Shown: piece after piece, positions 41,621 to 55,448 of the stretch
How positions within the stretch are numbered: position 1 is the first letter of the stretch
Layout: the number at the start of each line of letters is the position of its first letter
Assembly: GCF_001194135.2 (NCBI RefSeq)
Contig: NC_068985.1
Coordinates: 29,469,415 to 29,533,414 of the forward strand
Length of the DNA stretch: 64,000 nt
Reading direction: 5' to 3'
Source of the DNA: Octopus bimaculoides
Lineage: Eukaryota
Notes under the pieces: generated by a model
The model's database searches: none
The model's input: only the letters and a program-made list of their open reading frames with translations
What the model was told of the DNA's origin: nothing
Position numbers and translations under genes: made by a program

Positions 41621-44572
41621 GGATAACTGTGCTGGTGCAAAAAGTAACAAAATATAAGATATTTTTGAGTAACTATTTCATTCAGAAAGGCTCCTCTGAA
41701 GTCAATAAAAAATATTAAGATACTGGAATGGATTTTATTGACTACAATCCTTTCTCTTCGGTAATATTTATTGAGTAGAAATAAAATCCAGAGATTCTAT
41801 TCTGTACCCTGGTTTCAATACTTGGTTAGAGACCTATCACTACAAGTACATTATCAAAATCTCTTAAAAGGTTTCAATATCATAATTCCTTATCCATTCC
41901 TTTCCTAAAAAATATCTTTGGCTTTATGCTAACGTAAAAATAATCTAATCCATAATAGTATTATCAATTACTACCATTACTCTGACAAATAAGTTTTCAG
42001 GTACTACAGTTTTGAAATTTGATTCTTAGTAAGGAATATTCTACTTATATTTCTCTCTTGGGAAAAGTAAGCACTTTAAATTTTTTATAAAGCTTCCTCT
42101 ATAAATCTTAGTAGTATCAGTAAATTATTACTTTTGACAGAAGACTGGTAAGAACATTAAAGCATTGGATAAAATGTCTTATAGTATTTAGCTATGACCC
42201 TTTGCTTTCTGTGTACAGATCTTGAATTCAAGGTCAACTTAGCCTTTTATCATTCTGGAATCAATAAAATAAAGTACCAGTTCAAGTACTGGTGTCAATA
42301 TAATCAACTGCGTGTTAACAAATTTTACATTGTAACTGAGTGATTTCAAGTTCCATCTGACCATGTACCGCATCATATACATGCATATGTGTGTGTTTAT
42401 ATATGTATATGTGTGTTTGTGCATAAATGTTTATTTGCACATGTCTTCACCGGACACTGTTTTGGCAACAGGAAGGGCATCCAACCAAAGAATACTGTCT
42501 CAATTAAGTTATCCAATTTATGTCATTATAGAAGACTGGATGTTAAAAGATGATGATGATGACAACAATGTACCTATGCTAAAAATCATCATTATTATCA
42601 TGTTATTTCCTGGTTACAACACACAGCATAACTAGTACAAGGGCAGGTAAAATGCCTTGTAGTATTTAGCTACATACATTTATGTTTTCAGTTCAAATCC
42701 TTCAATAAAGTAGTGGTACACAAATACTGGGATCAATTTAATCAGCTGTTACCTCCTCCCTAATATGTGGCCTTGTGATAATGTTAGAAATCATTATTTA
42801 TCACATAATTCTCATGGGAATTCACATGTTGACCCAGATTAGGATACTAATTAGAGGCAGATGTCTCAAGTTAAAATGCATCCTCTGTAGTTTTTTTAAA
42901 GGATACTGAAAATAGTCGTACACTTAAGAAATTTCTCAGTTGCCCCAATAATTCTGAAAACTTATCAAAGTACAGAAACATTTTCAAGTCTAAAGCTGTT
43001 CAAAGCATGTATATTAGATGAAATAGTGACACTTTTGCCATAGATCACATTTTGGAGAAAACTGCCTGGCAACTGAATCAAAATGAAGTAATTACTAAAA
43101 GCATCTATTTAAGATTTGAATCTATTTGTTTTCTATTTCCTCCAGCATGGCTACATTTTAGCTGTAGAGCAAATTTTTGCTGCTGCAAGTAACACAAGAC
43201 TTTATGTATAAAAATAATATATACACACAATCTTAAGTTGTTATCACTTAGCAGCATTCTATCTGTATCATTGCACATACACTTCACACTCATGATCTTG
43301 ACCACTGAGAAAGATATCAGAGTGGTGAGAAAAACCAAATATATATGCTTCACATAGATAAGTGAAAGAAAGACAGTTGGAGATTACAGACACTATACTG
43401 TGAGATGAAAGAAAATAGAAAATGCTATGAGAGTAAAATGAAATAGATCATAGTAAGTAATTATAAGCACAAATATTATAGACTATAAAACAGGAGATCT
43501 GTAGAAATGGAAACTTAAGAGAATAAAAAAAAGGTGAAAAATATGCAGATGAAAAAATATTTACAAACAAATTATAACAGAAGAAAAGAAATAGGTAAAA
43601 ACGAATGGCTTCAAATGATGATAGTAGAAAAAAAACTACACCTAAGTTGAAATTAGTAAGTGAAATATTTAAGTAATGATACTTTAGTTCTCAGTTTGTT
43701 AATAAGAACAAAATTGTTTACTCCTACCTCAAGTCCACACAGCACAAGCTGGATAATATTAATTAAAATCCTTGGTGTTTCTTTGGATCAATTTACTTCA
43801 GTAACTATCAAACAAGTTCATCTTATTAATGAAGACAAATATTCATTAATAGTACTGTTTTTTTTAATTTAAACCTCAACAAATCAGTTTCTATAGATAT
43901 TATCATGAGCAATTTTTTGTTTATATAAATCTTATCCTGTTTAATTCTGATAACATTCATTGAACTTTAACACTCACAGTATATTACAATACTTTCTGAA
44001 AATGGCAATCTACATACTTTATTTAGGCTTATCAGGCAATATGCATTTATTCTCAAGAGCCTGTACAAGGTCACTCAACCTGCTAGAAATAACAGACAAA
44101 TATGAAATCATACCCTATCATTTTAGGAAGGAAGGACCAGTTGGATAATGTGGTCCTAGGTTCAGTGTGCATAGGCCAAGGAATAACATGGTCATGACTG
44201 GAATACCTTTGTTCATAGGTCCGCTTAATTAGAGCTGACCTGGACTAAACAACTTTTTTCCATGTTTTTCACTATTTCACAACATTAAATTATTTCTTAT
44301 ACAAGATTTTGTCATGCTTTGATTGCTCCTTAAAAGTAAAATTTCTAGACAAATTATTCAATATAATTATATTACATTGTTGAGGTATGCGTAATTTATG
44401 GCTAATTGACACCAAAAGTACTAAAACCCATCTAAAAAAGGAAAAAGACAGCAGTAAGACAAGTTTATGAGTAAACATTTGAGAAAACAAGCTGAATTGA
44501 TAATGTGAAACCCTATTACTTACAAAATCTACAATATGCCAACAATATTATCATTTAAGAGAAGACACATAC

Positions 44573-44591
44573 TTTGTAATCATCCAGTCCA
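44573..44591 (-). CDS. Candidate 19-nt exon (GLDDYK)
   Basis: CTTCTTTACATTTTAG|TGGACTGGATGATTACAAA|GTATGT; open in phase 2 but exits in phase 0, so it needs another exon to stay compatible with 7001-7045. Confidence 0.25.
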
Positions 44592-45357
44592 CTAAAATGT
44601 AAAGAAGTCCAATGTAGAGGTGTGGAGAAGATGTGATAATTAGTGTTTCTTTAACTAATTGTATTGTTGATATAGAATGCATGTAAATTAGTTTTAATCT
44701 TGTTTAATTCAACCAAAACGTCTCGAAATGTTTTCCTATTAAAAGTGATTTTTTTTTTTTTTTGTAACATAGTTTTATATACCCTAAGACATTCCAAGAG
44801 ACATTTTGAACAACTTCATTACATTTTTCAATGAAACTAATTAAAAAGATAGAAAATAATCACTCAATTTAATTTAGAAACTTACTCACAGGCAAAATGT
44901 GTAATTCTTAGTTTTGTAGCTGTTTCAAATAGCTGACAAAATATAGCAGGATTTCTATGGTTCTGAATGTAAAATGTTATTACAATCGCTTTTTAACAAG
45001 ACATCCTATCAAATGTCAATGAAGTTCTATTTCATAGCACTGAAGTGGAGTAGTATCAGTTTCTTCATTAGGACTATTAAAGCAAAACACAATGCATGGT
45101 CAGTGTTATTGTTTACACCAGGTCACATTAAACAGTTGTTTTTGTGTTCAACCTTTCCAAGTAGTCCTGTTATCAAAAGCATTCCAACTATAACCACTAC
45201 ATTCTTTTTAAGCATAGTAATATAGTTTGTTTTTTTTTCTTTAAGTTAGAAGAGTACAATTTGCACAAAATTTGGTTTAGCAGGATATTTAGCAGATGAT
45301 AAGCATATCACTGATGGGGGCATTTAGTAATGACTGTTAAGTGCTTCTTCTTTTTTT

Positions 45358-47560
45358 TTACCAATGCCTGGCAAATCTGTACTTTCTAATTCCTCTTTTG
45401 CTCAGCTCATCTACTCTCTGACTTGAATGCCAAGTAGATCCCTCAGCAACAAGACCCTTCCACAACTCTGGATCAATGAAATCTTCTAGGGAGGCCTCTT
45501 GCCAATTCTTTGTAGCAAAAATGTGACAGATATTTGTCATTCATTCTGGCTTGGCTCTACATATAAAAGTATAGATGTTGGGTAATATCATGCAATCGAA
45601 GACCCCATTGTCTGGGACCTTGTCCTACTAACAAATGCATAGTGTTTTGTGCAGGCATTTGAAGTAGAATCTATTCTTGCTGTATATAGCTCAAGCCTCA
45701 ATGGCTTCCAGTCAAAGTGACAGAACAATGGCTCTGTAGACATCATTTAGAGAATAAGTCATATCATTACCCATATATTGTATCAATGTGTGCTATAGGC
45801 AATGCTGGCTTTAGCAATTTTGATGTTGATCTCATTGTTTATCCAGAAGGTTCTTGAGAGGGTGCTGCCTCAACAAATTCTGTCTGACCTACACATGCAC
45901 AGAAAAGTTGACATTAACCTGAAGGTGAAAGTCAAACAGTTAACCACAAGTTATGTAAACCTGTCAGCAGCTAGAGTGTGATCCCTGCCTGTAATTGCAA
46001 GTGATAAACAGTCCTTGTGAGCAGCTGGTTGTCATATGACTTCAGTTTTCTTTGTGCTCATAAGGATGTCAAAAAGACTACAAGCAGAAAAGAACCTGTT
46101 TGCGGCACTGCTAATTCTCAAACTGAGCCTCCATTCAGAGCAAGGTCATTTGTAAAGAACACACACAACATATTCTCTTCTTTCATTTCACCTAGGAATT
46201 TCCAGAATTTGAAAGGCCCGGCATCAGTGTGACATTAAGTGACATCCTCTCTACTGTGGATTACATCAGTCAGCATGACTGAAAACATAATGCTGAAAAG
46301 TGCTGGTGCTTGCACACAACCTTGTTTAACACCATGTATGACTTAGAATGCAGCTATCAACAATTACCCTGGCATACAGGCCCTCAAGAAATTACCATAA
46401 GTGGCCAATACACATGACAAGGCATCTCTACTTGGGCATGTCTCTCCAAAACCTTTCAAGACTAAGAGCCAAATGCTTTTGTAAGATCAATAAAAGTCAT
46501 GTAAAAATTTAATTATTGCTCCCAACACTTCTTCTAAATGGCATGCAACAAAACACCAAGTTGAATGCACTACAACCCTCTATAAAACAGTACTGGCTCT
46601 CAGGCACAAAGCCCTGTTCTAATTGGACAAGCAGCTGGTTCAACTTTATTCAAGTGAGGCTCTTCCCAGCAACTGACAACAAAGATATTCTTGGTGGTTA
46701 TTGCAGAACTAAGCACTTTCCTTCTAGCACAGGTTGACTATTGCGGTGTTCTTTAAATCATGTGGCATGTTCTCCTGATGTCACATAAAGTAGAAAAACT
46801 TAGTGAGCTTGAGACAAGGCAAAGTTCACCAATCTTGTAGATCTCATCTTCAATGGCATCATGTCCAAGAGCCTTGCCACTGAACAGATCTCATACTGGG
46901 TAGGAAAGTAGTAACTGACATGTTACTACTATACAAGTAAGTCATTACAACTTCATTGATAACAGTGGGGTAGTTCAGGACATTATGGAAACATTCCCAT
47001 CCATCTTTCAAGGGTCATTTCCTTGTCTAATATTGACAGTACTGATTTGTTAGCACTTAGCAATAGAAATGAGCCTAAAGCCTGTGGGTTGTACAGTATA
47101 TGCAGCTCTTAAAGTGTCAAAGAAATATCTGAAATTGATGCTTCCACCATGGGACATTTTATCTTGGTTTAGTTTGGAAGAAAAGGGTGTATCTATGGCT
47201 TTCACAAAGCCTCTAAAACCATTGAGATTAATCTGTTAATTTTTCTCGTGAGCAGTTACAATCCAACAGATGCAGAAGAAATATATGCGGAGAGGAAATT
47301 CTAGAGTAATGTTCTCAAGAGGAAGGACTTGGTGAAGTGGCTAGTGTAGGGTTTGGGAGGGATTGACACAAGATAAGTGACATGAAGAAGAGAGACAAGA
47401 GTTAGGAGTGCCTGAGTGGAGGTGGTATGAGCACAGCCAGTTTTGAGGAATCCTGCTTCCATAGGGTAGATCTTGAGCTAACAACAAAAATAAATTTATG
47501 GTTAGAAACAATACATGCATGTGATGTACTGGTCCTGCTACCATCAATTTTGATGTATGA
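45358..47560 (-). mobile_element. Decayed RTE-clade LINE (RT plus upstream region)
   Basis: MTFIDLTKAF, NGVKQGCVQAPALFSIMFS, degenerate FADD region followed by STKKTEV, NEINIKIAKASIA, and C-terminal ASLEDFIDPELWK...STW; many stops. Confidence 0.88.
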
Positions 47561-48092
47561 GAGTTATGTTACCCAAGTAACTGGATGACTTATTCATTGA
47601 ATTAGCATGCAAAGTGTCAGAATATTCTGCAGACAGATGTATTGTTAAGATAATTCTCAAGTAGAATCAATGTGACAGTCCGACAAAGATGAACTTCTTA
47701 AATTACAAGTACAATTTACTTGAAAGGTTTCTACACAGTTTCCCTCAACCCATTTACATTCACAAGGCTTAAGTAATCCTGTGGTTATGGTAAAGGCACT
47801 TGTCCAATATGCAAGACAATGAAATTGAATCTAAGACCTCACAGGTGTGAAGCTAACTTCTTCACCATTCAATGATAGTTGCATCTGACTTGAAAAAATA
47901 TGTATATATAATTCAAATTTGGCTTGAAAATATATAAATATATTTTCAAGTTAGTTGCAAGACAATAGATCATGCATCAACCAAGAAAATCTGAATAGCA
48001 GCGGTATGATCACCAGCTTTGTACAAATAAATATACTCTGCAACATATAATGAGTATTCTTTCCCTTGTTTATAAAACAAAAAACGTTTTTT

Positions 48093-48293
48093 TTCTTTTA
48101 TTTGTTTCAGTCATTTGACTGCAGCCATGCTGGAGCACCACCTTTAGTTGAACAAATCAACCCCAAGACTTATTCTTTGTAAGCCTAGTACTTATTCTAT
48201 CGGTTTCTTTTGCTGAACCGCTAAGTTACAGGAATGTGAACACACCAACATCGGTTGTCAAGTGATGGTAGGAGGGCAGACACAGACACACAA

Positions 48294-48341
<48 letters not shown>

Positions 48342-48505
48342 GACGGGTTACTTTCAGTTTCCGTCTACCAAATCCACTCACAAGGCTTTGGTTGGCCTGA
48401 GGCTGTAGTAGAAGACACTTGCCCAAGGTGCCACGCAGTGGGACAGAACCCGGAACCATGTGGTTGGTAAGCAAGCTACTTACCACACAGCTGCTCCTGC
48501 ACCTA
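48093..48505 (-). mobile_element. SINE family A, full length, sense to the host gene
   Basis: Reverse complement of the family A sequence with (TA)n. Confidence 0.9.
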
Positions 48506-49161
48506 TGAAAGGTGCAAATATATGTATATTTGTGATGCATACGGATGAGAGCAGCTGTGTAAAGAGTGCTGATCACTCAATGAGAATGAAGCTTGCAGGA
48601 GAGGGACCCAGGAAGACATGGAACAAATTGGTAAAGTTGTAGCTTCAGGTACACTGTAGCTATAACCAAAACATTCAAATGACTTAATTTATTAGTATCT
48701 CATTGACTGGTTAAATTGTCATTTAAACTGTAAAATACTTAATATTTAAACAGCTAATGCTTAAAAAAAAATTTTTAATTTGCATTTGAAGTATAGCATC
48801 TTATTACCTTACATTTTATTACTGCAGTTCATAGAATTTTTTAAAACATGCTGGAAAGTTTAAAATTTGCACAACTTCTACAGAAATTGATTAAAACTCC
48901 AACATGAAACATCTGAAAATTTAATACTCTTAAAAGGAAACAACATTATTTTTCCAACTGAAAGTGTCATCTGGCATAAAATACTTTTATAAGAAAATTT
49001 ATCATTCCTCTTATAACATCTGTTTCAAAATAATACTTACAAATAAATACTACAAACACTGACAAGACAATTGAAATACTGTAGATCAGCAAAATTTTGT
49101 GTTACCAAACTTAAATTATGGAAATTACTGAAAATCTAGTAAGTGACACATCACATAAAAA

Positions 49162-50466
49162 TACAGGATGATCAACCTTAGTGTAGACATTTGTTTTACT
49201 TAAATTTAAATTTAATTTGTTTTCTTATTTCAGAAATTTAATATTTTTAACTAATTTCTACTTGAAATTTAATATACTTGAAGCTAGTATTTAAGCTGAT
49301 ATGAATAGAATAAATAAAGCAATTGAAGGGCTATTCAAGAAAAGGAAAACTCCTAGCAGGGTTTTCAAGATTTTGAAACCCAATGTCAGCAGATCAAGAG
49401 TCTATAAAGTAATCAAATGAATAAAAGAAACCAGTTCTTGCTTACCAAGAGTGAGAACTACTCCACCTCAACCAGTGAGAACTCAAAAACTCATCAAAAA
49501 CACCAAAGGAAAGATCAGGCGTAATCCAAAATGAAGCAATGAAGCATCAGAAAACTCGCTTCAGAAGCTGGTACAAGCTATGGAGCTATTTATAATTTAT
49601 TGAAAAAAATGATCTTCAATTATTCCCATACAAGGTATCAAAAGCATATCTTTTGTCTCAAGCCGCAAAGAAAAAAAGACCACGACCTCAAATGGCATGA
49701 AAACCCCACTAATCTTCATTGAAGAGGGTGTAAAAGTCAACCAGCGTTTATTTGGACATGTTAAAAGATAAAGTAGTCCCTTAGATTATTGCAACAATGG
49801 GGGACAAAGGTGTGACCCTCCAACAAGCTGGCACAACATCTCATATGGCTAAAAAAAAGTCCAAGAATGGTGTCAAGAGAATTTCAAGGCATTCTGGTCA
49901 AAAGAGCTCTACCCCCACCCCTCTTCACCTGACCTGAATCTGATGGACTTTGGCATATGGTCTATCCTTGAAATCAAAGCCTGTGCTAATTCTCACATGA
50001 GTCTCAGAGCTCTTAAACATTATTTGCGAAAATGCTGGAATGAAATCTCCAAAGAAACTGTTCGTGCCACTTGCTCCCAAGTTGTTCCCAGACTCCAATA
50101 GGCAGTTTCCACCAAGGGTGGATATATTGAAAATTAAATATATCATCTTAATCTGGGCTTTATTTGAGCATATTTAAATTCAATGTATCATTTTGTATCA
50201 AGATGCTATTTGAATAAATCCAGGGTACAGCAGAAAGGTTGCCCCATTTCAAAGGTCAACAAAAAACAAACACATGAAGATGCATGAAAAATCTTTGTAT
50301 TTCTACGAAGTTCATTAAATGCCATGTTTTTCTTTTTTTTCTGTTTCAGGTAGTACCCACCATGGCCTGTTGTGTCTTCATGTGTTTGTTTTTTATTAAC
50401 CTTTGAAATCAGGCAACCTTTCTGTCACACACTGTATATGTCTACATTTCATCTGATCACCTTGTA
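49162..50466 (+). mobile_element. Decayed maT (DD37D-type) Tc1/mariner transposon with both TIRs
   Basis: QQ(A)GTTSH...VQEWCQENFKAFWSKEL...SSPDLNLMDFGIWSILEIKAC...KGGYIEN*. About 37-38 residues separate the second and third catalytic positions after correcting a frameshift. TIRs TACAGGATGATCAACCTTAGTGTAGACAT and ATGTCTACATTTCATCTGATCACCTTGTA. Confidence 0.85.
50221..50436. mobile_element. MITE with about 65-bp TIRs nested just inside the right TIR of the maT element
   Basis: CAGAAAGGTTGCCCCATTTCAAAGGTCAACAAAAAACAAACACATGAAGA is inversely repeated at about 50370-50436; non-coding interior. Confidence 0.8.
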
Positions 50467-50570
50467 CAATCACAACATTACTGTAGTTTCTTTTTGTGCT
50501 TGTGTGAGCTGAATTTTTCTACAAATCCAGACCATTCTGCATCTTTGGAATGCAATTTGTATTATTAGAT

Positions 50571-50900
50571 AGGTGCAGGTGTAGCTATGTGATTAAGAAG
50601 CTTGCTTCCCAGTAATGTCATTTCAGGTTCATTCCTAGTTAGGCAAGTGTTATCTAATATAGCCCTAGCCCAACTAAAGCTTTGTAAATGGATTCGATAA
50701 ATGGAAACTGAAAGAAGCCATCATATGTTTATGTGTGTGTTGATGAATGTGTGTGTATGCATATTTGTATTCTTAACATCATGTGATGGCTGTAACCAAG
50801 CATCTCCATCATACATGTAATGTTGTTTGTTTCCAGTTCTCCATGAAAATCATGTTTGACCATGGGAAATATTTCCTTGCTTGGAAATAGGATGGGCATC
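50571..50900 (+). mobile_element. SINE with a family A head and an alternative 3' tail
   Basis: Head similar to family A. The tail ACATCATGTGATGG...CATGGGAAATATT..CTTGCTTGGAAA is also found at about 22905-23130, 38025-38200 (-) and 59308-59520. Confidence 0.7.
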
Positions 50901-51669
50901 AAGCCATAGAAGTCAAACAGTTAACCACAAGGTTAAGAATTGAATTTATTACTGGTAATGTCAAAAACAGTAACTTGCCTAAAATTACACCTCAGTGCTT
51001 ATGACAATGTTTGGATTGAATGATATATAAGTAGAACCATCATCAGGAAATTAATCAATATTAGAATATAATTGCATTTCAAAATAAAATGTCATTTGCT
51101 GGTATACATTTAAAGTGGAAAGAAATCATTACTAATTTGTTTGCTTCTAATGTCACAGACAAGAATAGTTTTAAATTTTGCTTTTTTTTTTTTTTTTTTT
51201 GTAAAGATGGACAAAGTTATTTAGCAGGTCACCATTTTGAATCACCAAATAATTTTCAAACTACTGTTTAAGCCAGTTAATAAGCCAAGAATAAATAGTA
51301 CCTTATGAATAGTGATTTTATCACCTTAGTAACTGTCATTTTTTCAATTTTAATTGTATATTTCTTGTTTTTTGTTTTTTTAATACAAGTGACTAATTAC
51401 ATGTTACTGTCAAGCAGTAGGAGTCGCTAAATTCTTACAATCTTGACAGTGAAAAATAGTAATAATATGTTCAAACTTTTAGATCTTAACATGATGTCAT
51501 ACTATTCAGAAGTGTAGAGAATCAAAAATAAAACTTCAGTATTGAGAATCATAACAATAACTAATTTATTACAGTAATATGTTTCACTAACCAAGCTACA
51601 AGATGATGATGATGATGATGATCATCATCATCATCATCATCTTCATCATCATCATCATCATCATCATCA

Positions 51670-52075
51670 GCATCCAGTGTTTTAAATCCAGGTTTTGTCC
51701 CCGTTAAGGGGGGTGGCCGAGTCTACCTCAGTGCCAAAGCAATCACCCTCACACCATCTCACCATCTCGCCCAGTTTTTGGTGTCCTCCTTTTTCAAACC
51801 AACCCTCCCAATCTCCTCCTCTACCTGTCCCCTCCACCTTTTCCTCAGTTACCTCGCTTTCGTGCTTCATTTACCTCAAACGAAATCACCTTCCTCTTCA
51901 TCCCTCCTCTACACATACCCATACCACCTCACTCCATTCGCCCTTGCCAACCATTCCACTGATTCCTCCAACACCAGCATTCCCATCATCAAATCCTCAG
52001 TTCTCCTCTTATCAAACAGCTTCATCCCACACATTTCTCTCATTATTGCTCTCTCAGTCCTTCGCAAAAATTGAC
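51670..52075 (-). mobile_element. RTE LINE 3' end with (GAT)n tail
   Basis: RRTERAIMREMCGMKL...LARANGVRWYGYV...FEVNEARKRG...VEEEIGRVGLKKED, then a TGA/GAT repeat tail. Confidence 0.85.
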
Positions 52076-54109
52076 ATCTCAATAGTATAAATTCAGTAAT
52101 GAAAGCTATGAATTAAGAACATCAATGATTAATGAAAAGTGATATAATACACGGCTTCAAGCTATTCATCAATGCAGTAACAAGAGTAAAAATAACAGGG
52201 TTCTTTTTTATCTTTGATGTTAAGTGATATTATCTGAAGTTGTTTTCAGCTCTACTCAGCCATGATTTAACAACCCCAAGATAATCCATCCTTAACCATA
52301 TTTTTCATTTTATATAACAAGGATCATATTATCCAATGTATCTTTTTCAGTCCCAGGACAGCCCTGTGATTAAGCAGGTCTATGATCAAACATTTTCCGG
52401 TAATGGCCATCATGTATTGATATCAGACAATATGTCTAAAACTATATTGTCTACTACATCTATGCCTCTTTTTTTAAGACGTGTGTAGATGAATGTGTAT
52501 GTGTAGGCTGTGAATTGGGGGATATGTGGCTGTTATTTCTAGTAAATCAAGCGATTGTGCAGTAGCTCATTTGTCTTATAGAAGTCCTTGCTATGGAGTC
52601 AATGTAAATATACTAAAGTTCATACTAACAGCAAGAAACTTTCAAAATTTAACTCTAGTTCACAAAAGAAGGGCTTCTTTCTTATTCAACACGCAAAAAT
52701 GAATTTCAAGAAAAGATATCTAATGCATGTATCAGAACTGATATACAAATTAAAAGTATATTGAAGATAAATAAATAAATAATATGACCAGTATTAACTC
52801 AATTAGAGATATAAATGTGTAGTTGAATTGAATTTGAATTAAAATGATTGATGGGCATTCAGTCATACACACACACACACACACACACATGTTAAGGGTG
52901 TATTACATCATATGTGTGTTACATAAATGTCACACAAGATCAGAGATGTTAAATTTTATACATATTTTGTTACTGCAGTGACATGATATAATCTGGTTAT
53001 AATTAGTGTTCAAATCTAATAATATACATCCCAAAACCAAAGATTAAATCAGCTTGAAGCAGTATTATATATATAGAAATAGCCTAATGTTTGTATGTTT
53101 ATACATATACCAGAATAGTAGGATCAGCGGGATAGCACACACTGCGACAGCAATCACCATATGCCAATGATATTTTATGTATATAATCAGAATGAATACT
53201 GTCACTGATGGCCAATGTAGAAATAGGTCAAAGAATTAATTATCTAATTAAGGTTGACCTAAGAGATGAGAATGATAAAATGTTGCAAGGAATCTTAGGA
53301 TAGTATGGTTGAGTAATGAAAAGTGATGAAACAAAATTTTGGTTTAAAATTCTCCTGAGACTCGTCTGAGACTGCTCCTGGTTCTGATACGAAACTGTCC
53401 ATTTTAAAGTGTTTGCATTTAAATTTAAACTTTTAATCAACATTTATATCAAGTTATATTTGAAAAACAGCAATTGGATAATAGCAAAGTTAATTATTTT
53501 ACAAAATCCCACCAAATTCTTCATTATTTCTAAAAGTAATTAAGTATTTCATTAGATATATGATTATAAAATGTTCAAGAACAATTCAAAGATAGAAATA
53601 TTGGAAATTTTTAAAACATGTACCAGATTTGTCACATCCATAACTGAGTGGAGATTAGAAATGAATCAAATAAATAATAAAAAGAAATAGCTACAATAAA
53701 ATATTTTTCTTTCTAAATTTCTTCATGGCAACAGGGCATACTTATCTTTCAAGAAACCTTAGAAGCAGCAAAAAATTTCCAAGTTGCATACTGAAAAACT
53801 TGTTATAGTAGTTTTCAACTCACATTAAAATTCAGATAGACAAGTGAGTAAATTTATAACTATAGAGTAGCAATTCAGCATGCTTTGTTTGCACATATAC
53901 AGTAAACATAAACAGTACAAAAACAAATTTTAAAAACATATAATGTTCCCACACAAGTACGCATATAAAAACAAATATCCCTACAGAAACATCCTAGATC
54001 ATCAATGCAAGCAGAAAATTCATTTGAAGTGGTAAATTCTCACTAAAATGAACATAGCTGCGAATATATATACAAGAACACTCACCTAATGAGAAGAGAG
54101 GCTTCTATA

Positions 54110-55040
54110 CGGTCACTCAACCTGTTAGACATAGCTGTCAAATTTCTCTCAAATTTTAATTCTTTACTATTTAAAAAAAAAAAATAATAATGGGAGGATA
54201 CATAGGATAACACAGTACACTACACCTGAAAATAAGACAGGATGGTTATGACTCAAGGACCACTAATCATAGATCTGTTTAGTCAGGGCTGAACTGAAGA
54301 TGCATGACAAAAACCAGACAAACAAGAGAGTTTTTGCACAGGCTCTTGCGTTGGTAGAAATAGCAGCCAAATCTCCCTCAAATTACACCCTACTATCAAT
54401 TAAGGAAAAGGGCATATTAGATAATGTGGTTTTATGTAACCCTAGAAATATGGAAAGGTCATAGCTGAATAGCTTCTGATCACAGTTCTGCCTAATCAGA
54501 ACAGTAATCAGAGTTGACTGGTTCTAGACACAAACAAATGTTTTATAATTCTTCAAAATCTTATACTTAAACAGTTATATAAACCTGACCATACTATAAC
54601 AAAGCCAAATAAACAAAACTTTACCAAACTAGAACATAATTTCTGTCAACAAAATATAAATCTACTCTGGTAAATAGTGAACAGAACAAAACAAAATTAC
54701 TATAATAATCAAATAAAATCATCACCATCAATAGAAAACTGATAGTCAGACCAAAAAAAAAATGAAACTTGTAACCAACTTGCAAAGAACCATTTATTAA
54801 ATAAATAAACACAGATAGATACATTAAACAATACAGAGGAAAACAATAAAGCTCTATAGGAATAATGAAGAAATCTTAATGACATCACTCAACTTGCTGG
54901 AAATAGCAACCACAACTACCTCAAAAAACAATTTATCAGCTTAAGAAGGCAAGAACACATTGCATTATGTAGTCCAGGGTACACTATGCCTAAAAAAGCT
55001 GGAGTGGTTTGGGCTGGAATACCTTTAATCAGGTTAACAG
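54110..55040 (+). mobile_element. Cluster of three copies of another short interspersed repeat
   Basis: GTCACTCAACCTG.TAGAAATAGCAGCCAAATCTCCCTCAAA...CAGGGCTGAC repeated; also at about 18610-18780, 44065-44255 and 52220-52570 (-). Confidence 0.7.
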
Positions 55041-55439
55041 AAGCAATCAAAACAATATCAGTTAAAGAAATAAGCCCAAGTATGTCCAAAGGTCAATATC
55101 AGCAATAAGAATAACATATACACCTAATAGAAAATCACTTAAAAATAATACATATACAACATAAAAACTTCAACCCTAAGAGACAATGTATATTAAATAA
55201 CTCCATCTTTTTGAAAAGGAGAAATTTATATCATCACCATTATCATCATCATCATCATCATCATCATCATTTAACGTCTGTTTTCCATGCTAGCAGAGTG
55301 TACTGGGTGCTTTTTATATGGCACCACCACTGATGCTTTTGCTGACACCAGCTAAGTGCTGACACCAGCACTTAGCATTTAATATATTTTCAAAATTATC
55401 AAATAAGAAATAACACTCAAATTATCAATACTTACTTAC

Positions 55440-55448
55440 ATAATGGAA
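55440..55448 (-). CDS. Candidate 9-nt microexon
   Basis: TGCTTGTATTTTCTGTAG|TTCCATTAT|GTAAGT; frame-preserving and open in phase 2. Signal-only evidence. Confidence 0.3.

Noticed and set aside
43146-43188. Plus-strand exon-like segment (HGYILAVEQIFAAA) after a strong acceptor
   Set aside because: The donor is weak (GTAACA) and there are no other supported plus-strand exons.
54086-54121. 36-nt phase-2 exon candidate (LSDRIEASLLI)
   Set aside because: The acceptor derives from the start of a multi-copy interspersed repeat.
54621-54824. Hydrophobic ORF resembling a transmembrane segment
   Set aside because: It is a translation of T-rich sequence; the only acceptor is a weak AAG in the wrong phase, with no clear donor.
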